25,635 nucleotides of DNA from a virus (lineage: Duplodnaviria; Caudoviricetes), in the IMG/VR virus record IMGVR_UViG_3300017754_001581, positions 1 through 25,635 of that record. One strand, given 5' to 3'. Numbering within the stretch: position 1 is the first letter of the stretch; the number at the start of each line of letters is the position of its first letter. Position numbers and translations under genes: made by a program. Under the pieces are notes generated by a model, which had not been told where the DNA came from, did not search any database, and saw nothing but the letters and a program-made list of their open reading frames with translations. Positions 1-7,704 of this stretch are shown here, in pieces.

Positions 1-367
1 GAAGATCGACCCGCCGGAATGGCCGGTTGCGCTCGACGCGGCGGAAGTCTGGTCGGACCGCGAGGGGCTGGTGGAGTGCAGCATGCTCCCCACGGGCTTC
101 ATGCGGATTCACCGCTCGGTCTTTGAGGCCATGGACGTGCCGCGCTACGCGATCCCCGGCGAGGGCGAGGCGGGCGCCTATTTCCAGTGCGTTGTGCGTG
201 ACGGCCAGTACATCGGCGAAGACGTGGAGTTCTGCCACCGCTACCGCGCGCTGGGCGGCAAGCTCTACGCCTTCGCGGACATGGACCTTCGCCACGTCGG
301 CCACGCCAAGACCTTCCGGGGCAACTGGAGCCACTGGCTCAAAGAACAGATGAAGGAAGCCGCATGA
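1..367 (+). CDS. Glycosyltransferase family 2-like phage protein, 5'-truncated by window edge
   Basis: Frame open from base 2 (KIDPPEWPVALD...). Motifs TGFMRIHRSVF and GEDVEFCHR..ALGGKLY...LRHVG match the GT-A fold C-terminal 'ED' signature. Confidence 0.6.
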   Translation, partial: KIDPPEWPVALDAAEVWSDREGLVECSMLPTGFMRIHRSVFEAMDVPRYAIPGEGEAGAYFQCVVRDGQYIGEDVEFCHRYRALGGKLYAFADMDLRHVGHAKTFRGNWSHWLKEQMKEAA

Positions 368-708
368 ACGGTTCTGTCTCCACCGCCATGACCGAGGCGG
401 GCGTGAACGCCTACGAGCGCATCCAGCGCACGAAGCAGTCGCAGCAGGTCATCGTGGCGTCCGTATTCCAGGCGATGGACGCCGTGCGCCGCCGCGAGGC
501 CATCAAGGCGCCCGGTGCGGCTCCCGTGTACGTCCATCAGGACTGGCCCTCGTGGCGCTACGGTCCGAACGGCGAACGCAAGGTATTCGCTTCCCCCGAC
601 GATGTGCCGGACGGCTGGACCGATTCCCCCGACTTCGTGGCTGCGGCCAAGGAGATCGGCGCCGAGATCGTGGCGGACCTCCCGCGCGGGCGCCGGGCTC
701 GTGGCTAA
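364..708 (+). CDS. Hypothetical phage protein (head region)
   Basis: ATGA overlap with upstream stop; AAGGA RBS; WPSWRYGPNGE..VF....VPDGW.D.P motif. Confidence 0.7.
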   Translation: MNGSVSTAMTEAGVNAYERIQRTKQSQQVIVASVFQAMDAVRRREAIKAPGAAPVYVHQDWPSWRYGPNGERKVFASPDDVPDGWTDSPDFVAAAKEIGAEIVADLPRGRRARG

Positions 709-1033
709 CGTCCAGAACTTCGACATAGCGGCGGGCGAGGTTCGTACCCTCACGATGTACGCCCGCGACTACGCCAACGCCGTGCAGAGCCTTTCCGGCC
801 TCACGGTGCAATGGCGCGTCGGCAAGCCGCCGTGGGACCCCATGAGCGGCACGCCGACCTTCACCAAGACGGCCACCATCGTCTCGGCCGCAGCGGGCTC
901 GTTCACCGTCTCGCTGACCTACGACGACACCTACCAGATCGAGGGCGATTTTCTGCACCAGGCAGTCACGTCCTCCGGGCTCGTGGTGGTCACGGGCCGC
1001 CTGCACGTCCGACCCAGCATCAGGAGCGGCTGA
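701..1033 (+). CDS. Small beta-rich virion protein (BppU-N/Ig-like candidate)
   Basis: GTG at 701 overlaps upstream gene end; Thr/Val-rich strands; stop overlaps next ATG (TGATG). Confidence 0.55.
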   Translation: MANVQNFDIAAGEVRTLTMYARDYANAVQSLSGLTVQWRVGKPPWDPMSGTPTFTKTATIVSAAAGSFTVSLTYDDTYQIEGDFLHQAVTSSGLVVVTGRLHVRPSIRSG

Positions 1034-1437
1034 TGGCCACCAGAACCGCACGCGATGTGATCTCTTATGCCTTCTGGGATCTCGGCGTCGTGGCCGACCA
1101 GGAGGCGCTGAACGACACTCAGGCCAATTCCGGGTTCCGCAAGCTCAACGACCTGATGGCCGGTTTCGAGAGCGAGGGCATCCGCTACGCCCACACCGAT
1201 CTTGCTACGCTGGACTCGACCGTGAACGTGCCGGACGGGCAGCTTCGCAATCTGGGCCTGATGCTACAGCGCGAGCTTGCCGACCAGTACGGCGTGCAGT
1301 TGAGCCCCGAGAATCAGGACGCCATCCGCAACGCCAAGACGGCGCTGCAATCCTACTACTACGTGCCGATCACCTCGGCGCCGGACCTGTCGCTGCGGCC
1401 CCGCCAGTTCGGGCGCTATAATTTCACGCAGGGGTGA
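1033..1437 (+). CDS. Head-tail adaptor, P22 gp4-like DNA stabilization protein
   Basis: MATRTARDVISYAFWDLGV...LNDLMAGFESEGI pattern; AGGAG RBS; synteny before gp10-like gene. Confidence 0.75.
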   Translation: MATRTARDVISYAFWDLGVVADQEALNDTQANSGFRKLNDLMAGFESEGIRYAHTDLATLDSTVNVPDGQLRNLGLMLQRELADQYGVQLSPENQDAIRNAKTALQSYYYVPITSAPDLSLRPRQFGRYNFTQG

Positions 1438-1440
1438 ACC

Positions 1441-2562
1441 GTGGCCGACAAGCCTAAAAACTGGCTGGGAAGAGCCCTCGACGCCGTAGCGGCGACGGAA
1501 ACCAATCCGCTCGCGCTGGCGTGGCGCATGCTCCCGCCGGAAGCGCGCAAGTCGTATGCGAGCCTGCCGAATGCCGTTGCCGAGCTGACGCCGGGCGCGG
1601 CCATCCGCGACACGGTGCAGGCAAGCGGCGACACGGCAAACGCAGTCGCACAGGGGCGTGGATGGGATGCCGCAAGCGGTGTTGCCAACATGCTGACGGC
1701 GGCGGCGGGCGTCCTGCCGGGCGGGAGGCTCATCACCAAGGGCGCAAGGGAACTCGCCCAGCCCATCCGTGCCTATCACGGCAGCCCGCACAATTTCGAC
1801 CGCTTCGATATGTCCAAGATCGGCACAGGCGAGGGCGCGCAGGCTTATGGGCATGGGCTTTACTTTGCGGGCAACGAGGCTGTGGCGAAATCATACAAGA
1901 GCGCTGGGCCGGCGGCATACTCCGCAGTCGACGATGTTAACAAGCGCCTTAGCGCGCTTGCCAAGGAGATGGACGCCAACAGCAACGGCTACCGTAACTG
2001 GAGAGATCCAGTTTTGGGGGAAAAGCTTGCGGCGGAGTATGACGCGCTCATGGCGAAGCGCCGCGACCTCGGACACATGTACGAGGTCAACATCCACGCC
2101 GACCCGGCTAAGTTCCTCGATTGGGATAAGCCGCTGAGTGCGCAAAGCGCGCCCGTGCAGAAGGCGTTGGAGCAGTTCGGCATTAGGGCACAGCCGGAAC
2201 AAATGCGCGCATACGACGATGCGTTGTTGGAAGCTCTGACAACCAACAAAAACGTGACTCTTCCGAAGCAGCCCCGCGACCCTCTAGGAAACGACATATA
2301 TCACGGCGGACCGCGCACTGGCGGATTGGGCGGGTATAGCAATCCCGTCGCGGCATCCAACACGCTCCGCGACGCAGGCATCCCCGGCATCAAATACCTA
2401 GACGGCGGCAGCCGAGCGGCGGGCGATGGCTCGCGCAACTACGTCGCCTTTGACGACAAGATAATCGAGATACTCCGCAAGTACGGACTTCTCCCCGTTG
2501 CGGCTGGCGGCGCTGCCATTGCTGCGAACCCGCTCAGTGTCGGCGAAGGGGAGGCTTACTAA
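1441..2562 (+). CDS. ADP-ribosyltransferase-fold protein (ART-PolyVal-like), probably virion-associated
   Basis: AYHGSPHNFDRFDMSKIGTGEGAQAYGHGLYFA, GHMYEVNI and GIPGIKYLD...NYVAFD motifs. Confidence 0.7.
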   Translation: MADKPKNWLGRALDAVAATETNPLALAWRMLPPEARKSYASLPNAVAELTPGAAIRDTVQASGDTANAVAQGRGWDAASGVANMLTAAAGVLPGGRLITKGARELAQPIRAYHGSPHNFDRFDMSKIGTGEGAQAYGHGLYFAGNEAVAKSYKSAGPAAYSAVDDVNKRLSALAKEMDANSNGYRNWRDPVLGEKLAAEYDALMAKRRDLGHMYEVNIHADPAKFLDWDKPLSAQSAPVQKALEQFGIRAQPEQMRAYDDALLEALTTNKNVTLPKQPRDPLGNDIYHGGPRTGGLGGYSNPVAASNTLRDAGIPGIKYLDGGSRAAGDGSRNYVAFDDKIIEILRKYGLLPVAAGGAAIAANPLSVGEGEAY

Positions 2563-3983
2563 TGCGCGGCCCGTTCGCCCTAGGCTTTGCCCAACAGCGC
2601 TCCCGGCCGGTCAACGCCGCGCGGGTGGTGAACCTGTACGCGGAAGCCACGCCCGAGGGCTCGCGCTCCAAGGTGGTGCTGTACGGCACGCCCGGACAGA
2701 AGGAATGGCGCACCATCGGCAACGACACGGTCCGCGCCGGGATCGAGGCGCAGAACGTCTGCTACGTCCTGTCGGGCACGACGCTGTGGAAGACCGAGGC
2801 GGACGGCACCACGACGGCCTGCAGCGGCGACGCGATCCCGCCCACGGGCGCGGCGACCCTCATCAATAACGGGCAGCAGATCGGCTTGCTCGTCGTCCCT
2901 GACTTCTTCGTCATCACCGATACGGTGGTGGTCAAGAACGCCTCAGCGGGCGTGCCGGCTGTCGGCTTCTCATCGGTGTCCTATATCGACGGCTACGGCA
3001 TCCTGACGGTCAACGACTCGTCGGGGCAGTTCTGCATCACCGGCTTGCTAGACTTCGCCACCATCGACGCCCTCGACTTCGCCAGCGCGGAGAGCAGCCC
3101 GGACGGGCTTGTCGGCGTCCTTGTCGATCACCGCGAGATTTGGCTGTTCGGCACCAGCACCATTGAGCCGTGGAGCAACACGGGCGCGTCTCCGTTCCCC
3201 CTTGAGCGCGTGCCGGGTGCCTTGCTTGAGCGCGGGTGCGCGGCGGCCCGCAGCCCCGCCAAGATGGACAATTCGGTGTTCTGGCTGGGGGATGACCGCA
3301 TTGTGTACCGGGCGGACGGCTACCAGCCCATCCGCATCTCCACCCACGCAATCGAGGAAGTGTTGCGCGTTGGCACCGTGAGCGACGCCTACGGCATGAC
3401 GTACTTCCAGGGTGGGCATCACTTCTACATCCTGACCCTGCCAAGCCTCAACCGGACGTTCGCCTACGACCCTGCGGCCTCCGCCGTGGCGGGTGCGCCC
3501 ATCTGGCATGAGCGCCAATCGGGAACCTCGCTGACGCCCGTAGCGTGGAACGTCCAGTGCATGTTCTCCGCCTTCGGCAAGACGCTGGTGGGTCTGCAGG
3601 GCGGCCGGGTCGCGGAACTGGACCTCGATACCTACACCGACCTCGGTGAGCCCATCCGCAGCGTGATCGTCGGCTTCCCGTTCTTCGGGGAAGGCATGCG
3701 CGCCATGATGATCGACTACGAGATTGAGTGCGAGTTCGGCATCGGCCTGAACACCGGGCAGGGCAGCGACCCGCAGGTGATGATGCGCTTCTCAGACGAC
3801 GGCGGCTTCACCTGGAGCCCCGACCGCCGGGCGAGCATGGGCCGCATGGGCGTCCGCCTCATCCGCGCCATGTGGGACCGCCTTGGCGCTTTCCGCCAGC
3901 GCGCGGTCGAAATTTCCATATCAGATCCAGTGAAAAAGGCTTTCTACGGCATGCGGACCAATATCCGGCCGCTTTCCCGATGA
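2562..3983 (+). CDS. Tail hub / packaged DNA stabilization protein, P22 gp10-like
   Basis: 473 aa; FASAESSPD, GCAAARS, FWLGDD..VY, ISTHAIE, SDDGGFTWS, WDRLG..RQR motifs. Confidence 0.85.
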   Translation: MRGPFALGFAQQRSRPVNAARVVNLYAEATPEGSRSKVVLYGTPGQKEWRTIGNDTVRAGIEAQNVCYVLSGTTLWKTEADGTTTACSGDAIPPTGAATLINNGQQIGLLVVPDFFVITDTVVVKNASAGVPAVGFSSVSYIDGYGILTVNDSSGQFCITGLLDFATIDALDFASAESSPDGLVGVLVDHREIWLFGTSTIEPWSNTGASPFPLERVPGALLERGCAAARSPAKMDNSVFWLGDDRIVYRADGYQPIRISTHAIEEVLRVGTVSDAYGMTYFQGGHHFYILTLPSLNRTFAYDPAASAVAGAPIWHERQSGTSLTPVAWNVQCMFSAFGKTLVGLQGGRVAELDLDTYTDLGEPIRSVIVGFPFFGEGMRAMMIDYEIECEFGIGLNTGQGSDPQVMMRFSDDGGFTWSPDRRASMGRMGVRLIRAMWDRLGAFRQRAVEISISDPVKKAFYGMRTNIRPLSR

Positions 3984-4249
3984 CGGCGCCGCTCAACACC
4001 TCCGCCGTCATTGTAGACAGCGCAGGCCGGGCAACACGCGCCCTGATTGCGTACTTCCAGAGCCTTGGAACCGGCGTCGTGAAGCGCACGACGTACACCT
4101 ATGCGGAGATCGCGCTCATGACGCCGACCGCTGGCGACACGGTCGTTTGCACAGACGCCAGCACAACCACCATCGGCAGCACCTTGGCCGGCGGCGGCGC
4201 GAACATCGTTCAGGCCATCGGCAACGGCACCAACTGGAAGGTCTTTTGA
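3980..4249 (+). CDS. Short tail needle/plug-like protein (gp26 position)
   Basis: ATGA overlap at 3980; C-terminal GGGANIVQAIGNGTNWKV knob-like motif; synteny. Confidence 0.55.
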   Translation: MTAPLNTSAVIVDSAGRATRALIAYFQSLGTGVVKRTTYTYAEIALMTPTAGDTVVCTDASTTTIGSTLAGGGANIVQAIGNGTNWKVF

Positions 4250-4692
4250 TGATCCGGCAAGCTGAACCAAAAGACATGCCCTCCATCATTGAAATGGGTG
4301 AGGCTTTCTTCGCTGAGGCGGGATGGGCGGCGCGCGCCGAGTTCTGCCGCGAGTCCTTTAGCGAAACCGCAACCACGATGATGGAGAAGGGTATCCTTCT
4401 CGTTGTCGACAAAGGCGGCGAGGCGGTCGGCATGGCCGCTGCGGTGTCGTCGCCCGCCTACTGGAACAGAAAAGTCTTTATTGGGCAGGAGCTTTGGTTA
4501 TACTGCAAGCCAGCCCACCGTAAAGGTGTTGGCGCAGAGCTTCTCAGGCAGCTCGAATCCGCCGCCAAGGCGCGCAACGTAAAATTCTTCGGCATGGTGG
4601 CGGAGCATGGTCTCCGTCATGAGGCACTCGCTCAGGTTTACAAACGAGCGGGCTACTCCCTTGCCGAACACACGTTTTGCAAGGCGCTCTGA
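4249..4692 (+). CDS. GNAT family N-acetyltransferase (P22 gp14 position)
   Basis: MIRQAEPKD start; LYCKPAHRKGVGAELL acetyl-CoA motif A; VYKRAGY motif B. Confidence 0.8.
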   Translation: MIRQAEPKDMPSIIEMGEAFFAEAGWAARAEFCRESFSETATTMMEKGILLVVDKGGEAVGMAAAVSSPAYWNRKVFIGQELWLYCKPAHRKGVGAELLRQLESAAKARNVKFFGMVAEHGLRHEALAQVYKRAGYSLAEHTFCKAL

Positions 4693-5363
4693 TGGCGATT
4701 TTCTCCGCTCTTGCTGGTTCGCTTGCCCAATCCGGCGCACAGGCCGGCGGCGATATGGCGTGGAACGCGGCCAACCAAGGCGCGAACCAGAACCTTCAGG
4801 AAGCCCAGAAGGGCCGCGCCGCTGCCTCGCCGTGGACCAGCTCGGGCACGTCGGCTGTCGGCAAGATCACCAACCTGCTCGGTCTGGGCACGCTCACGCA
4901 GCAGGGCAACAACCAGGGGATCTATTGGGTCGATCCGACTGACGCCAAGGGCGCGCAGGAGCGGGCCATGGCCGATTTCCAGACCGACCCCGGCTATCAG
5001 TTCCGTGTCGACGAGGGAGCGAAGACCCTCGACCGATCGGCAGCCGCGCGCGGGCTTCTCCGCTCCGGCGCACAGATGAAAGCCCTTACCGACTTCGGCC
5101 AGCAGATGGGCTCGCAGGAGTACGGCAACTATTTCGACCGGCTGTTGAAGGTTTCCGGCATGGGCGGGGAGTCGACCGCCGCCGCCAACAGCAACGCGGC
5201 CGGGCTCACGCAGGGCGCTGGCAACATGCTGTCGCAGGGCGGCGCGGCGCGCGGTTCGGCCTACGCAGACGGCGCGAAGTCGATGGCGTCGGGCATCAGC
5301 TCCGGCGTCAACAATATGATGGCCGGCGCGTACCTGTTCGGCGGGTACGGGAAGCCCAAATGA
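4692..5363 (+). CDS. DNA ejection protein, P22 gp7-like
   Basis: Ala/Gly/Gln-rich; PGYQFR...G....DRSAAARG.L.SGA..KAL..FGQ motif; TGATG coupling. Confidence 0.8.
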   Translation: MAIFSALAGSLAQSGAQAGGDMAWNAANQGANQNLQEAQKGRAAASPWTSSGTSAVGKITNLLGLGTLTQQGNNQGIYWVDPTDAKGAQERAMADFQTDPGYQFRVDEGAKTLDRSAAARGLLRSGAQMKALTDFGQQMGSQEYGNYFDRLLKVSGMGGESTAAANSNAAGLTQGAGNMLSQGGAARGSAYADGAKSMASGISSGVNNMMAGAYLFGGYGKPK

Positions 5364-5368
5364 GCAAC

Positions 5369-5572
5369 CTAGTTGCACTGCACCATGTTGCCGACCCTGT
5401 AGCAGTACCGGCTAGTCGGGACGCTTATGGCCGGCGCGCTGGTCGCAAACGGATTGGGTTTGTTCAGCACGCTCGAAACCACGATGGCGTCGGCTATAGG
5501 GTCACGCCCCTCGCGGGCGCCCGCGCAGGCAGAGAGTGCAACGCAGGTCAGCAGAATAGCAATCTTTTGCAT
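5369..5572 (-). CDS. Small antisense lipoprotein (moron; superinfection-exclusion candidate)
   Basis: GGAGG 5 nt before ATG 5572; signal peptide MQKIAILLTCVALSAC with lipobox; C-terminal CYRVGNMVQCN Cys pair. Confidence 0.75.
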   Translation of the reverse strand: MQKIAILLTCVALSACAGAREGRDPIADAIVVSSVLNKPNPFATSAPAISVPTSRYCYRVGNMVQCN

Positions 5573-5592
5573 GTTCACCTCCGCCCCGCCGT

Positions 5593-5621
5593 AACATCGG
5601 ACTCCGGGGCAGGCTTGGCAA
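5593..5621 (-). promoter_or_regulatory. Putative sigma70 promoter of antisense lipoprotein
   Basis: TTGCCA-17-GATGTT upstream of RBS. Confidence 0.35.
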
Positions 5622-5634
5622 GGGGGGCTGCGTA

Positions 5635-7704
5635 ATGGCCGGCGGGCTCCTTTTCCCCGACGTGGCCGGGACCCTCGCGCCGCTCATGCGGATGCGTCAG
5701 GCCGAAGAGCAGAACGCCTTTCAGATGGAGCGCGCCCGCAAGGCCGACGAGGCCGACGCCCGCGAGCGCGAAGCCTCTCAGTATGTGCCGGCGGCCCTTG
5801 GCGGAGATCGCGAGGCGCTGAACCGCGTCGCCAGCATTTCGCCCGGTACGGCGATGAAGCTCGCCCCCTTGCTGGACCGCGCGGACGCGGCAACGCGCAC
5901 ACGGGCCAAGGAGGCGGCGGAGTGGACGACGCGGGCCGCTATGGGGGTTTTGAGCCTGCCGCCCGACCAGCGCCCGGCAGCGTATCAAGCCGCCCTGGCT
6001 GAAGGCCAACAGCTTGGATACAAGATCGACATGCCGCCGCAGTACGACCGCGCGGTGGAGGGGCGCCTTAATCAGGTCATCAATCAGGCGCGTCCGATTA
6101 CGGACTACTTCAAGAATCAGGGCGATGGCCCGCAGGCGATGCCCGCGCCGGGTGGAGCGATGCCCGCAGGTGGCGACCGTTCGGCCAATGCCATCGCCGG
6201 CATCGAGTCGGGTGGACGCTACGACGCCGTAGGGCCGCCTGCCAACGAGAAGGGCCAGCGCGCCTACGGCAAATACCAGATCATGGACTTCAACGTCGGC
6301 CCGTGGACGCAGGAAGTCCTCGGGCAGGCGATGACGCCGCAGCAGTTCCTTGCCAGCCCGCAGGCACAGGACGCCGTGTTCAAGGCCAAGTTCGGCCAGT
6401 ACACGCAGAAGTTTGGCAGCCCGGAAGCCGCGTCGCGTGCGTGGTTTGCGGGTGAGGGCGGGATGAACAACCCTGGCGCAAAGGATGTGCTGGGGACCAG
6501 CGTCCAGGGCTACGGCGACAGGTTTGCACAAGCCTATGGTGCCGGCGCCACCGGCCCCGGCCCGCAGGTCGCACAGGGCGACAACACGCGCGCCGATGGC
6601 TCGGGCAACGCGCTTCCCCCAGCCGGTCAAGCCCCGGCCGCCATTGGCGCCGAGATCGACGACATTCGCCGGCAAGTCCGCTCTACCGGCGGCGATCTGT
6701 TCCAGAGGAACGGTCAGATCGAGATTCAAAACAACCACTACGTTGTGCGCTCGATCCAGAACCCGCGCCAGATCGTCGGCATGATCCCCATCAAGCCGCC
6801 GAAGGAGCAGGGCGCAGGCCCGTTCGCCGGAACGGGCATGGACCAGCAGGCCATGAATATTCTTCTGAGGGGAGATCCTGCGTCTCCCGAGTACGCGCTT
6901 GCTTACTCGCATCTCAGCAAGGCCCGCACGACAATTAACGATGAAGGGCGGCCCGTCACCATTCAGCCGATGGACCTGTCCGCAGTTCGGAGGCCGACCG
7001 GTGCGGCGGCGCCGCAGCCGCAAACTGGCGGTGGCGCAATGCCGCCTGTGGCCGCTCCGGCGCCGGGTGTTGCGCCTCCTCCCGCCGCTCCAGGCGCTGG
7101 AGTCACGACCAGTTTGCCGGGTGGTGGGTCTGTCACTGTTGGTGAGCCTGTCGCGCCCAAGGGGCCTAGCAGCACAGAAATGGCTAAGCTGCGTAATGCT
7201 CGCGCCGAAGCCGAGAAGATCACGGCGGCGGCGAACGACTTTAAGTCGGAATGGGCGAAAGCCTCTGTATCCGACCGCGCACGCGCGCTTGCCGGGGCTA
7301 ATACGCCACTCAACGCTGCGTACAACAACTTCGCCTTGCTGGCGAAGGGCGATGCCTTGTTCCAGTTGGGCGTCCTGAACGGCCCTGACCTCGAAATCAT
7401 CCGCCGCACCATCCCGGACCCGTCCACGGGTAAGTCGATCATGACGACCGAAAACGACGTTACTTCGTCGGTGGATAAGGTGCTGAACATTCTCAACACG
7501 GGCATTTCGGCCACTGAGAAGCAGCTTAACATCACGCAGCCGCAACAGAAGCCCGCGCCCCAAGGCGCCACCAAGGGCACTTACACCGGCCCGGACAACA
7601 AGCCGATCAGTTGGCAGGAGATCGAAGCCACCGCGAAGAACCGGGGGATGAGCGCCGACGAGGTAATTGGCAGGCTCGGCTTGAAGCCGACCGGGATGCA
7701 GTAA
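5635..7704 (+). CDS. Ejection protein (gp20 position) with lytic transglycosylase/lysozyme-like domain
   Basis: AIAGIESGG (catalytic Glu), AYGKYQIM, AWFAGEG motifs inside an Ala/Pro/Gln-rich helical protein. Confidence 0.75.
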   Translation: MAGGLLFPDVAGTLAPLMRMRQAEEQNAFQMERARKADEADAREREASQYVPAALGGDREALNRVASISPGTAMKLAPLLDRADAATRTRAKEAAEWTTRAAMGVLSLPPDQRPAAYQAALAEGQQLGYKIDMPPQYDRAVEGRLNQVINQARPITDYFKNQGDGPQAMPAPGGAMPAGGDRSANAIAGIESGGRYDAVGPPANEKGQRAYGKYQIMDFNVGPWTQEVLGQAMTPQQFLASPQAQDAVFKAKFGQYTQKFGSPEAASRAWFAGEGGMNNPGAKDVLGTSVQGYGDRFAQAYGAGATGPGPQVAQGDNTRADGSGNALPPAGQAPAAIGAEIDDIRRQVRSTGGDLFQRNGQIEIQNNHYVVRSIQNPRQIVGMIPIKPPKEQGAGPFAGTGMDQQAMNILLRGDPASPEYALAYSHLSKARTTINDEGRPVTIQPMDLSAVRRPTGAAAPQPQTGGGAMPPVAAPAPGVAPPPAAPGAGVTTSLPGGGSVTVGEPVAPKGPSSTEMAKLRNARAEAEKITAAANDFKSEWAKASVSDRARALAGANTPLNAAYNNFALLAKGDALFQLGVLNGPDLEIIRRTIPDPSTGKSIMTTENDVTSSVDKVLNILNTGISATEKQLNITQPQQKPAPQGATKGTYTGPDNKPISWQEIEATAKNRGMSADEVIGRLGLKPTGMQ

